Assembly (NCBI GenBank): GCA_934630995.1
Contig: CAKTXU010000001.1
Location: 1-33,442 of the forward strand
Direction of reading: 5' to 3'
Source of the DNA: an uncultured Eubacteriales bacterium
GTDB taxonomy: Bacteria; Bacillota; Clostridia; Oscillospirales; Acutalibacteraceae
Length of the DNA stretch: 33,442 nucleotides
Below the pieces are notes generated by a model that worked only from the letters and a program-made list of their open reading frames with translations, did no database searches and was not told the DNA's origin. The position numbers and the translations under genes were made by a program. Position 1 is the stretch's first letter, and every line of letters starts with the position of its first letter. Positions 15,112 to 23,828 of the stretch are shown here, piece after piece.

Positions 15112-18100
15112 ATGAAACACAGCAAAGCATACCGCGCGCTATCCATCGTTTTGTGTCTGCTCATGCTGCTTAGTGCGATGCCGCTTGCGGTATTTGCAAC
15201 GGGTGCAGAAACATCCCTGACCATTGCCTCGACCAAGACCTCAGCTCTGGCGCCGGGCGTACAGGAGCAGGAGATAGTGGCATATGATGCGCAGGGCAAA
15301 CGCATCGTCTACTATGCAATTTCGGCAGATATCGCGACAAACAGCGACGTCCTTGTCAAGGCCAACTACCATGACAACGACAATACAGGCGTTTGGGGCA
15401 AGGCGACCGTTATGGAGCAGGCGTCGGCCGCAAAAGAAAAACGCGGGTACAATGTCGTCGCGTCCACTAACGCCTCCTATTACAATGTATCAACAGGCCA
15501 GCCCACCGGCGCTTTCGTCATGGAAGGCGTCAATATCAACGGCAACAGTATGGGGAACAGCTATGAGTTCTTCGCCGTCATGAAAGACGGCACCGCTATG
15601 ATTGGGAAAAGAGGGACGTTCAGTCAGTATGCGGACAATGTCCAGGAAGCGGTCGGCGGTTACCGTATGCTGGTCTGGGACGGTCAGATAGTTTCCGGAC
15701 TTGATACGACGAACAAATATCCCCGCTCGACTGTCGGCATCAAGGCGGACGGCAATGTGGTGCTGATGGTGGCTGACGGCAACCAGAGCCCTTACTCCGT
15801 CGGCCTCAACTATCAGGAGCAGGCGGAAATCATGCTGAGCCTGGGCTGCGTCGCGGCCATTGAGCTCGACGGCGGCGGATCCGCCACCTATGCGGCAAAG
15901 CTGGAGGGTACGGATGAGGTTGTCGTCAGAAACAGCTGTTGTGACGGCACCGTGCGTTCCGTTTCCAATACGATTATGGTCATTTCCACGGCTGCTGCGG
16001 ACGGGACATTTGACCATGCCAACCTCAGCACGGAATATGCGTTCCATGCGCCGCACTCCCAGGTAAGGATTGCCGCCACAGGTGCGGACAAGGGCGGACA
16101 CAGCGCTGAAATCCCCCCCGATGTGACCTGGACGCTGTCCAACGACTCCTACGGAACCATCGCCGACGGGGTTTTCAGCTCCAACGGAAAAACCGGTACG
16201 GTTACGGCGCAAATGCTGCACGGGGGCAAGGTGGTCGGTGAGCTGGATATCACCCTTGTCAATCCCACCTCCATCGCCTTCTCCTCCTCCGCCAAGACCG
16301 TTCCCTACGGTAAGTCCTCGGACATGACCATAACGGCCATGTACAATGGCGCGGAGGTGTATGCGACGGCCGACGCCTACGCCTTTACCCTGTCCGACAC
16401 GGCGGCGGGAAACATGAACGGCTTTACCTTTACCGCTGCCGAAGACGAGTCGATTGGCGGCGCGACCCTGACGGCCGCCTACCGGTACGCCGACGCCCTG
16501 GACCCGATAGCGGTTACTATCACCTTCGGCAAGGGCTCCGATATTCTGTTCGACTTTGAGAACGCGGACATCTCCGACTGGACCGATTATTACGGCATGG
16601 TGAACTCCGGGTACACCGGCGGATATACCAACATCTATTCGACCACTGAGTCTGGAAACTACTCGTCCAATGTAAATATGGATACCTTTCTGGCTACCAG
16701 GGAAAACGGCGGCCAGGTCAAAAACGGCCAATATTCCTTGGGCGTTACGATGGATTATCTGCAGAGTACGGAGCACGGAGAATGGCAGTACGCCTATCTG
16801 TACTATCTGGGCGATTTGCTGACCTACCGCGATGTGAAGAACGGCGTAAACGGCACCCGCCTCGGCATGTGGATGTACATACCGCAGGAGGCGGTCGGCA
16901 GTTGCGCCAGGCTCGCCTATACCTATGAGACTGCCGACGGAAAGCTCAACACCGCTTACCTCTATTTCACCTACCAGTATGTCGACAAGGGCTTTTCCAA
17001 ACTAACCTCAGAAAACATCCCCGAGGCCGGATGGGCTTATGTCTACTGCGATTTGGACGCCATATCCAAGACTTATGTGACCAGCAGCGTCTATGGGGCG
17101 CGGCAGGACGGCGCCAGGACAGATTATGCCCCGGCCTTCATCCAGTTCATCGTCTCCTCTTCCGCCTACGGAGCGGAAAGATGCACCTTCTATATCGACG
17201 ACATCACTCTGGATTACAGTGACGTTGTCGACGACCGGGACGCACCGCTTGTGAGCAACCCGCTGGTGTTGGACGACCTTAACAGCTATGCGCTGGACGG
17301 CCGTACCATCGGCTTCAACACTATCAGCGTAACAGCGGATGTCGCGGAAGATATGTCCCATGGAGACAACTTCACGGGACTAAATCCGACAACCGCGCAG
17401 ATTTATGTAGACGGTCAGGCTGTCACGACGAATTACGCCGCGGGCAAAATTTCCGCGGCCGGCATCGTTCTTCCCGACGGCACGCATGATATTGCCTTTG
17501 AGATCGCCGATAACCAGGGCAATTATACAAGAGTTACAAGGCAGATCGTCATTGCCGCCGGCAGCAGCTATCCCGTCGTCTCCCTTGAGGGTCAGGCTCT
17601 TGAGGCAGGATTACTGAAAACAGGCGCGCAGTATAACCTTCTCCTCAAGACGTCGGATGTATCCAAAATACAGAGCATCACCACCACCATCTGGCTGAAC
17701 AGCTCCTCCACCTGGGAGCTGGAGCACATGACCGTGCTGAACGGTTTCACCTCAACCTATACCGTCGATAGGAATGCTTGCACCGCGACCATCACTCTGA
17801 CCAGAACCGGTAGCAGCGCCGCAACGGGCGAGGCAGTGTTAGCGACCATCCCCGTGCGCAACTGGTACTGGAACGGCAGTGCCGGCGTGGACGCGGCGAC
17901 ACAGTGGAATTCCAAAAACCATGCACCGCAAATCATCCTGAGCTATAAGGTCAAATCCGGTGCGGTGGCCTATATTGACGGATATACCGTCGACGCGAAC
18001 AATTACGTGGCCGGCTTCTCCAATACGAAAACAGATGTGGAAACCGAATTGAACAGCAGTATCGCCAACCTGAAAAACACCATTGGTACTTGGCATACCC

Positions 18101-20334
18101 ATACCGCGGCTGCGATTGCCGATAAGGCGGCGACCTGCACCGAGGTAGGCTATATCGGGCGCACGGTTTGCTCCGTGTGCAACTCGGTTGTCGACTGGGG
18201 CGAAACGCTTCCCGCCACAGGCCACAACTATATTGTCATCGACAACAAATTGACCTGTGCCAACTGTCATGAAGTCATGAACGGCGAGTACGAAGGCAAA
18301 ATTTACATCGACGGCGTTATTGCCGAGGGCTGGGTCAACGGCAATACCTATTATGCCGACGGCGTCATGGTAACCGGCGCCTATGTCATCGGCGGCGTTG
18401 CCTATGTATTCGATGATAACGGTATTTATCAGCCCGACGCGCTTTTCTCCGGATTCATCGATACACCCCGGGGACGGATGTATTTTCTCTCCAACGACAG
18501 CTATATCACAGGATACAGCTATATCTCCAACACCCCGTACTATTTCGATGGGAAAGGGCTTGCCTATGACGGTGAATATGTCATAGGCGGAGAAACCTGC
18601 CTTTTCGAAAAGGGCGTATTCGTCAGCGCAGCATCCTCCGACGTCGTTCTCGCAGGCTGGGCGGGGGTTGAGGCCCATTTTGTCCTTTATGCAAACGGCA
18701 CCTTGAAATTCAGCGGCAGCGGCGATATGTACTACCATCAGTCCAACGCGACCATTCCCTGGGCCAAGCTGAGAGAGTCCATCACCCGGGTGGAAATCGG
18801 TAAGGACATCACCTCCATCGCTAGATTTGCGTTGGCTCATGCGTATTATGTCGAGGAAATTGTATTTGAAGAGGGCAGTAAACTGGAAACCATCGGTTAT
18901 CAGTCTTTCCACTATTTAAACCGAATCAAAGAATTGATTCTGCCCGATTACGTCAAGACGATTGAGTGGTGTGCTTTCGGCTACTGGACAAGCCTCAAGA
19001 GTATTTATTTGCCGGATAGCTTGGAAAGCATAAATGAAAAAGCTTTTGAAAAACATAACGCTGACCTGGTATTACAGGTTGCCGAAGGTACATATGCCGC
19101 GCAGTTCGCTGAAAAATATGGATTTAAAGTTCAGCTCCGTGAAAAAGTACCACAGGTAGTGGCTCAGGGCGCCTGCGGACAGACCGCCGTCTGGACGCTG
19201 TACGATAACGGAACGCTTGAAATTTCTGGCATGGGCGCGATTGCCGACTACGGCTATTCCAAATACGGCGCGAATGCGGCACCCTGGGCGTTGTACAGAG
19301 AAGAAATCAAGACGGTTGTGATAGGCAAGGACATCACGGTCATCGGTGAGTTCAGCTTCTATCAGTGCACGGCCCTCGCCTCTCTCATATTTGAAGAGGG
19401 CAGCAAGCTCGAGGTCATCGGCAAGGGCGCGGTCGGCTATTGCAGCAGTCTCGAAACGGTGACGCTTCCCGCGTCCTTGAGGGAAATTGCGGACAATGCG
19501 TTCTACTTCTCCGGCCTCAGGACGGTGGCGTTTGAGGAGAACAGCGTCCTTGCGATAATCGGCTCCTATGCGTTCAGAGACAACACGTCCTTAGTCAGCC
19601 TCTTTATTCCCGAAACCGTTGAGGAACTCGGGTCCAGCATCCTGTACAACAGCAATGAGGCGACCGTTCAGGTGGCGGATGACACATACTCCTATGACTA
19701 TGCGGTAAAAAATCGTTTCAAGATGGAGGTCAGACCGCATTCTCCGCGGGTAAAAGCAAGCGGCGCCTGCGGACAGACCGCCGTCTGGACGCTGTACGAT
19801 AACGGAACGCTTGAGATTTCTGGCATGGGCGCGATTGCCGACTACGGCTATTCCAAATACGGCGCGAATGCGGCACCCTGGGCGTTGTACAGAGAAGAAA
19901 TCAAGACGGTTGTGATAGGCAAGGACATCACGGTCATCGGTGAGTTCAGCTTCTATCAGTGCACGGCCCTCGCCTCTCTCATATTTGAAGAGGGCAGCAA
20001 GCTCGAGGTCATCGGCAAGGGCGCGGTCGGCTATTGCAGCAGTCTCGAAACGGTGACGCTTCCCGCGTCCTTGAGGGAAATTGCGGACAATGCGTTCTAC
20101 TTCTCCGGCCTCAGGACGGTGGCGTTTGAGGAGAACAGCGTCCTTGCGATAATCGGCTCCTATGCGTTCAGAGACAACACATCCCTAGAAACCGTTTATA
20201 TCCCTGACGGCGTCACCCATATCGGCTCTGCTATTTTCTATGTATGCGGTGAAAATGTTACCGTATATGTTGCGAATAACTCCTTAGCGCATCAGTACGC
20301 GGTAAAAAACGGCATTCATGCGGTTGTTCGTTGA
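15112..20334 (+). CDS. 1,740-aa secreted multidomain surface protein: signal peptide, phosphodiester glycosidase (NAGPA-like) domain, Ig-like/CBM-like regions, Cys4 motif, wall-binding repeats, three BspA-type LRR modules
   Basis: AAAGGAGAGG RBS. Signal peptide MKHSKAYRALSIVLCLLMLLSAMPLAVFA|TGAE. The span of about nt 15300-15990 (NASYYN...GAFVMEG...YPRSTVGIKADGNVVLMVADG...AAIELDGGGSATY) matches the phosphodiester glycosidase family. GWVNGNTYYADG... repeats lie at about 18300-18620. LRR_5/BspA-like modules (GKDITSIG..AF..C..L..I) run from about 18640 to 20331. Confidence 0.92.
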   Translation: MKHSKAYRALSIVLCLLMLLSAMPLAVFATGAETSLTIASTKTSALAPGVQEQEIVAYDAQGKRIVYYAISADIATNSDVLVKANYHDNDNTGVWGKATVMEQASAAKEKRGYNVVASTNASYYNVSTGQPTGAFVMEGVNINGNSMGNSYEFFAVMKDGTAMIGKRGTFSQYADNVQEAVGGYRMLVWDGQIVSGLDTTNKYPRSTVGIKADGNVVLMVADGNQSPYSVGLNYQEQAEIMLSLGCVAAIELDGGGSATYAAKLEGTDEVVVRNSCCDGTVRSVSNTIMVISTAAADGTFDHANLSTEYAFHAPHSQVRIAATGADKGGHSAEIPPDVTWTLSNDSYGTIADGVFSSNGKTGTVTAQMLHGGKVVGELDITLVNPTSIAFSSSAKTVPYGKSSDMTITAMYNGAEVYATADAYAFTLSDTAAGNMNGFTFTAAEDESIGGATLTAAYRYADALDPIAVTITFGKGSDILFDFENADISDWTDYYGMVNSGYTGGYTNIYSTTESGNYSSNVNMDTFLATRENGGQVKNGQYSLGVTMDYLQSTEHGEWQYAYLYYLGDLLTYRDVKNGVNGTRLGMWMYIPQEAVGSCARLAYTYETADGKLNTAYLYFTYQYVDKGFSKLTSENIPEAGWAYVYCDLDAISKTYVTSSVYGARQDGARTDYAPAFIQFIVSSSAYGAERCTFYIDDITLDYSDVVDDRDAPLVSNPLVLDDLNSYALDGRTIGFNTISVTADVAEDMSHGDNFTGLNPTTAQIYVDGQAVTTNYAAGKISAAGIVLPDGTHDIAFEIADNQGNYTRVTRQIVIAAGSSYPVVSLEGQALEAGLLKTGAQYNLLLKTSDVSKIQSITTTIWLNSSSTWELEHMTVLNGFTSTYTVDRNACTATITLTRTGSSAATGEAVLATIPVRNWYWNGSAGVDAATQWNSKNHAPQIILSYKVKSGAVAYIDGYTVDANNYVAGFSNTKTDVETELNSSIANLKNTIGTWHTHTAAAIADKAATCTEVGYIGRTVCSVCNSVVDWGETLPATGHNYIVIDNKLTCANCHEVMNGEYEGKIYIDGVIAEGWVNGNTYYADGVMVTGAYVIGGVAYVFDDNGIYQPDALFSGFIDTPRGRMYFLSNDSYITGYSYISNTPYYFDGKGLAYDGEYVIGGETCLFEKGVFVSAASSDVVLAGWAGVEAHFVLYANGTLKFSGSGDMYYHQSNATIPWAKLRESITRVEIGKDITSIARFALAHAYYVEEIVFEEGSKLETIGYQSFHYLNRIKELILPDYVKTIEWCAFGYWTSLKSIYLPDSLESINEKAFEKHNADLVLQVAEGTYAAQFAEKYGFKVQLREKVPQVVAQGACGQTAVWTLYDNGTLEISGMGAIADYGYSKYGANAAPWALYREEIKTVVIGKDITVIGEFSFYQCTALASLIFEEGSKLEVIGKGAVGYCSSLETVTLPASLREIADNAFYFSGLRTVAFEENSVLAIIGSYAFRDNTSLVSLFIPETVEELGSSILYNSNEATVQVADDTYSYDYAVKNRFKMEVRPHSPRVKASGACGQTAVWTLYDNGTLEISGMGAIADYGYSKYGANAAPWALYREEIKTVVIGKDITVIGEFSFYQCTALASLIFEEGSKLEVIGKGAVGYCSSLETVTLPASLREIADNAFYFSGLRTVAFEENSVLAIIGSYAFRDNTSLETVYIPDGVTHIGSAIFYVCGENVTVYVANNSLAHQYAVKNGIHAVVR
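19168..19586 (+). repeat. Direct repeat copy 1 (419 bp) inside the surface-protein gene
   Basis: Base-by-base comparison with 19762..20180 (offset 594 nt, in frame) shows identity except A19221 versus G19815, which is synonymous (GAA/GAG). Confidence 0.95.
19762..20180 (+). repeat. Direct repeat copy 2 (419 bp) inside the surface-protein gene
   Basis: See copy 1. Identity collapses abruptly outside these bounds (first mismatches at 19167/19761 and 19587/20181). Confidence 0.95.
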
Positions 20335-20366
20335 CGAATTAGTAATTCCATAAACCTTTCATGTTT

Positions 20367-20406
20367 TAATATGCGGCACAGCGGAGAAACGCTGTGTCGC
20401 ATATTA
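20367..20406 (+). terminator. 17-bp stem-loop after the surface-protein gene (terminator/attenuator candidate, no U-tract)
   Basis: taatatgcggcacagcg (20367-20383) pairs with cgctgtgtcgcatatta (20390-20406) with one G-U pair and a 6-nt loop. It is followed by cacatg rather than a T-run. Confidence 0.45.
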
Positions 20407-20439
20407 CACATGATATATGCATGAAACAGGAGCGTTTCC

Positions 20440-21219
20440 ATGAATATACAGACGTTGGTGGTGACCACCGACCAAAAGGATTATTCCCTGTTGAAAAAAA
20501 TGAATATACAGACGCCGGCCATTGTCGGTAACCAGTGTGACCGCGATGAAATCGAGGAATTTTCCTATGGCGGTAATCCCGTAAAATGGCTTTCTCTCCA
20601 TGAACGAGGCGTGGGGCTGAATAGAAATACCGTATTAATGCGCAGCGAGGCGGATGTGTGTGTGCTGGCGGATGACGACATGGTTTTCATCGACGGTTAT
20701 GAAAAAGTAGTCTCCGATTTGTTCGACCGGTATCCCCACACCGATGTCCTGATTTTCAATCTAAACCAAAAGAGCCCCACCATCTATAAAAACAGCAACG
20801 TAAAAAAAATCCACAGATTCAATTATGGCAAATACGGCGCAGCAAGACTTGCCTTCCGGCGCGAAAGCGTACAATTCAACAATATCTGTTTTCATCTCCT
20901 ATTCGGCGGGGGAGCGAAATACAGCAGCGGAGAAGACAGTATTTTTTTGTACGAATGTCTAAAAAGAAAGCTGCGAGTACTAGCTGTTCCGGTTGCTATC
21001 GCCGAATTGACCAGCGATAGGGAATCGACTTGGTTTCAAGGCTATACGGACGACTTCTTTTTTGATAAAGGTGTATTTTACTATGCGCTAGACAGAAACA
21101 TGGGGAGATTTATTGCACTGTACAATTGCTTTAAGCACCGAAACAGCCGCTATAAACAGTATGGCTGGAAAAAAGCTTATCGGCAGATGCTCCGCGGCAT
21201 ACACAGCGTGAAAAAATAG
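20440..21219 (+). CDS. Putative GT-A fold glycosyltransferase (DxD-type)
   Basis: AGGAG RBS 7 nt upstream. LVVTTDQKDYSLLKKMNIQTPAIVGNQCDR... and VLADDDMVFIDGY (DXD) resemble small EPS-locus GT-A transferases. Confidence 0.7.
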   Translation: MNIQTLVVTTDQKDYSLLKKMNIQTPAIVGNQCDRDEIEEFSYGGNPVKWLSLHERGVGLNRNTVLMRSEADVCVLADDDMVFIDGYEKVVSDLFDRYPHTDVLIFNLNQKSPTIYKNSNVKKIHRFNYGKYGAARLAFRRESVQFNNICFHLLFGGGAKYSSGEDSIFLYECLKRKLRVLAVPVAIAELTSDRESTWFQGYTDDFFFDKGVFYYALDRNMGRFIALYNCFKHRNSRYKQYGWKKAYRQMLRGIHSVKK

Positions 21220-21280
21220 CCGTTTCACCCTCCCCCTGCATTTCCCTTACAATCTCTAATACTAACAAGGAACGTAAACT

Positions 21281-22483
21281 ATGAGATACGCCATGCTGTC
21301 CACCCTGATTCCTCCGGAGATGGAAGAAGACTTCCTTAAAAATTCCAGCCATACCATGCAGGATGCCGCCAATGTGCTGCAATGGCATCTTTATGAAGGA
21401 TTCTGTTCAAATATCGGAGAAGATATCCCGCTGTTTAACGTCATGCCGGCGGGGAGCTTCCCACAATATTACAGGCGCCCGCTTATTTTCCAATCCAAAT
21501 TCGGTAAAAACGGCGTCAATATAGGCTTTTGTAATATAAAGCTCATCCGAAATGCCTGTAAGTCTAAGAGAATATACAGCGCTTTAAAGAAATGGTGCAA
21601 ATCGGTTGACGATATAAAAATTCTGTTTGTTTACACGATAGCCTCTCCCTTTCTCAAAGCGGTTACCAAGATAAAGCAGGACTTCCCAACGGTGAAGATT
21701 TGCGCGATTGTTGCCGACCTGCCGGACATGACCTGCCTGTCGGATAAAAAGAGCCTATTGCAGAGCCTTTTTTCAAAGCGCCAATCGGAAGAGGCCTACG
21801 GGCTTTTATCCTGTATTGACGCATTCGTTTTGCTGACAAAATATATGGCCGATTATATGCATATCGAGCAGCCCTATTGCGTCGTGGAGGGTATCGCCTC
21901 AGTTGCAGAAAGAGAGGTGCCCGTGAGGGAGATCTATAAAGAAGAAAAAATTGTGTTGTATGCGGGAACTTTACATAGAAAATTTGGTGTTTTGCATTTG
22001 TTGGAGGCATTTCGTCAGTTACGCGATGATAATTTCAGATTATGGATATGCGGGGTGGGAGACAGCGAATCCGCGATTAAAGCTGCGGCCGGTGAAGATA
22101 CCCGTATCGTCTTTATGGGGCAGCTTCCCCGCTCGGAAGTTCTGCAATTGCAGAAAAAAGCAACGTTGTTGGTGAACCCGAGACAAAATAACGAAGAATT
22201 TACCAAATACAGCTTTCCCTCAAAAAATATGGAATATCTGTCTTCCGGTAAACCGCTTATTGCCTATAAGCTCGACGGCATACCCGACGAATACGACCCT
22301 TATATATTTTATCCTGCGGATAATTCCGCGGCTTCCTTGGCAGAAAAAATTTTAGAGGTTGCTGCTATGCCCGAAGATATGCTGATACGACATTGTCGCA
22401 AGGCCTACGATTTTGTTTTATCGTCAAAGAATCACATAGTTCAAACAAAAAAGATATTAGAGCTGATAGGAAGAATCGTTTAA
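21281..22483 (+). CDS. Glycosyltransferase, GT-B (group 1 / GT4-like)
   Basis: The C-terminal half (VLYAGTLHRKFGV..., CGVGD, LVNPRQNNEEFTKYSFPSKNMEYLSSGKPLIAY) fits the GT1/GT4 nucleotide-sugar-binding domain. Confidence 0.8.
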   Translation: MRYAMLSTLIPPEMEEDFLKNSSHTMQDAANVLQWHLYEGFCSNIGEDIPLFNVMPAGSFPQYYRRPLIFQSKFGKNGVNIGFCNIKLIRNACKSKRIYSALKKWCKSVDDIKILFVYTIASPFLKAVTKIKQDFPTVKICAIVADLPDMTCLSDKKSLLQSLFSKRQSEEAYGLLSCIDAFVLLTKYMADYMHIEQPYCVVEGIASVAEREVPVREIYKEEKIVLYAGTLHRKFGVLHLLEAFRQLRDDNFRLWICGVGDSESAIKAAAGEDTRIVFMGQLPRSEVLQLQKKATLLVNPRQNNEEFTKYSFPSKNMEYLSSGKPLIAYKLDGIPDEYDPYIFYPADNSAASLAEKILEVAAMPEDMLIRHCRKAYDFVLSSKNHIVQTKKILELIGRIV

Positions 22484-22511
22484 CTACGCAGTGGAACTGA
22501 GGTGAGAAGAT

Positions 22512-23828
22512 ATGGGCTTACAAGTTGGGAAGACACTATCCAGGGTGAATAGCATACAGCCTGCTCAAAATGACATCTGGTTTATAGGGCTGTTTGTTTG
22601 CCTGTGGAGTAGAACGATTTTATTGCAGTTCTTCAAGGCAGTTTTGCTGCGTGTTCCTATCGTGCGTTATGCCGCAGATTTTGTTTTAACGGCGCTTATT
22701 CTCTTTTTTCTTACAATGGCTCTCCCCTACCTGCTGAAAAAGATAAAGCCGTCGGATATATGCCTATATATGCTGTTGATTTTGTTGTTTCTGTGTCACT
22801 ATTTTTTTTATCCATCCAATAGAGCCGATATCTTCGACATCGGCGTTCCCTTTATTTTCATCGTTTTCCCCTATTATTTTGTCGGATTAGGTTTCAACTA
22901 TGAAAGAATGTACCCGCTGTTATACGGCGTTTCCTGTGTAACTATTTTTGCGCAGTTTTTTTATTCCGTTGTTTTAGGGGAAACCATGGACTCGACGACT
23001 TCGGTCTATGTCGGTAACATGACCGCCTCCTACAATTTATTGCCCCATGTATGTGTATTGTTTTTAGATACGGATAAAAGAAAGCCCATTATAAAGATTA
23101 CGGCCGTCATATTAGGCAGCATATTAATAATCGCTTACGGCAGCCGTGGACCTATCGTTTGTCTGGCTTCCTTTGTTTTGCTGTATATCATCTTTTTCAA
23201 AAAACAAAAAAGAAGCTTTCGATACCTTTTGCTCGTGCTGTGTGCGGCTTTAATTATCTGGTTTTCACTTGATTATATACTTGATTTTCTAAATACGGTC
23301 TCCTCAGCGTTAGGATTGAGCACCCGTATCTTTTCAAAAATATCCAGCAATCAGTTTTTCGTTTCTAGCGATCGCGACATAATACGTACCACACTTTACG
23401 GCTATATTGCCGACAAACCGATGGTCGGCTACGGTTTATGCGGAGATCGGGTTATAACCGGCACCTATGCCCACCATCTTGCCATTGAGTTGTGGATATC
23501 CTTTGGCGTTGTGTTGGGCTCCGCCCTTTTGCTGGCCGTTTTCCTCATCATTTTAAAGGGCGTCAGATACAGCGATTTCGGAAGAGAAAAAGGATTCATT
23601 CTGCTGCTCTTCTGTTGCAGCGTAATCAAATTGTTTTTATCGGGTTCTTTTTTGAATGAAAATCTCCTCTTTCTCCTGCTGGGAATCTGTGTCGGTGTAA
23701 TGAGGAAAAAAGCTTGTGAATGCGATTGCTTTAAACAAGTCTTCCATTGCCACAATGCAGTCCTATATAGCCAATATATCCGTACACCATTTGTCCGGCC
23801 GAAAATACGGAAAGGATACCACAAATGA
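22512..23828 (+). CDS. wzy: Wzy-type polysaccharide polymerase / O-antigen ligase-like membrane protein
   Basis: GAGGTGA RBS. The protein has about 10-12 hydrophobic segments, is AT-rich with low conservation, and sits among glycosyltransferases and next to Wzx. This is a family assignment by topology and context. Confidence 0.7.
   Translation: MGLQVGKTLSRVNSIQPAQNDIWFIGLFVCLWSRTILLQFFKAVLLRVPIVRYAADFVLTALILFFLTMALPYLLKKIKPSDICLYMLLILLFLCHYFFYPSNRADIFDIGVPFIFIVFPYYFVGLGFNYERMYPLLYGVSCVTIFAQFFYSVVLGETMDSTTSVYVGNMTASYNLLPHVCVLFLDTDKRKPIIKITAVILGSILIIAYGSRGPIVCLASFVLLYIIFFKKQKRSFRYLLLVLCAALIIWFSLDYILDFLNTVSSALGLSTRIFSKISSNQFFVSSDRDIIRTTLYGYIADKPMVGYGLCGDRVITGTYAHHLAIELWISFGVVLGSALLLAVFLIILKGVRYSDFGREKGFILLLFCCSVIKLFLSGSFLNENLLFLLLGICVGVMRKKACECDCFKQVFHCHNAVLYSQYIRTPFVRPKIRKGYHK

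Noticed and set aside
15490-18912. 428-aa (15490..16776) and 357-aa (17839..18912) minus-strand ORFs
   Set aside because: Both lie antisense inside the 1,740-aa surface-protein gene, whose frame carries clear domain signatures. Their sequences are Gly/Arg/Val-rich shadow-frame products.
19168-20180. Diversity-generating retroelement (TR/VR pair) as an explanation of the near-identical repeats
   Set aside because: There is no reverse transcriptase or accessory gene in the window. The repeats are 419 bp (far longer than typical TR/VR) and both are coding. They differ by a single synonymous A/G change rather than by adenine-specific hypermutation.
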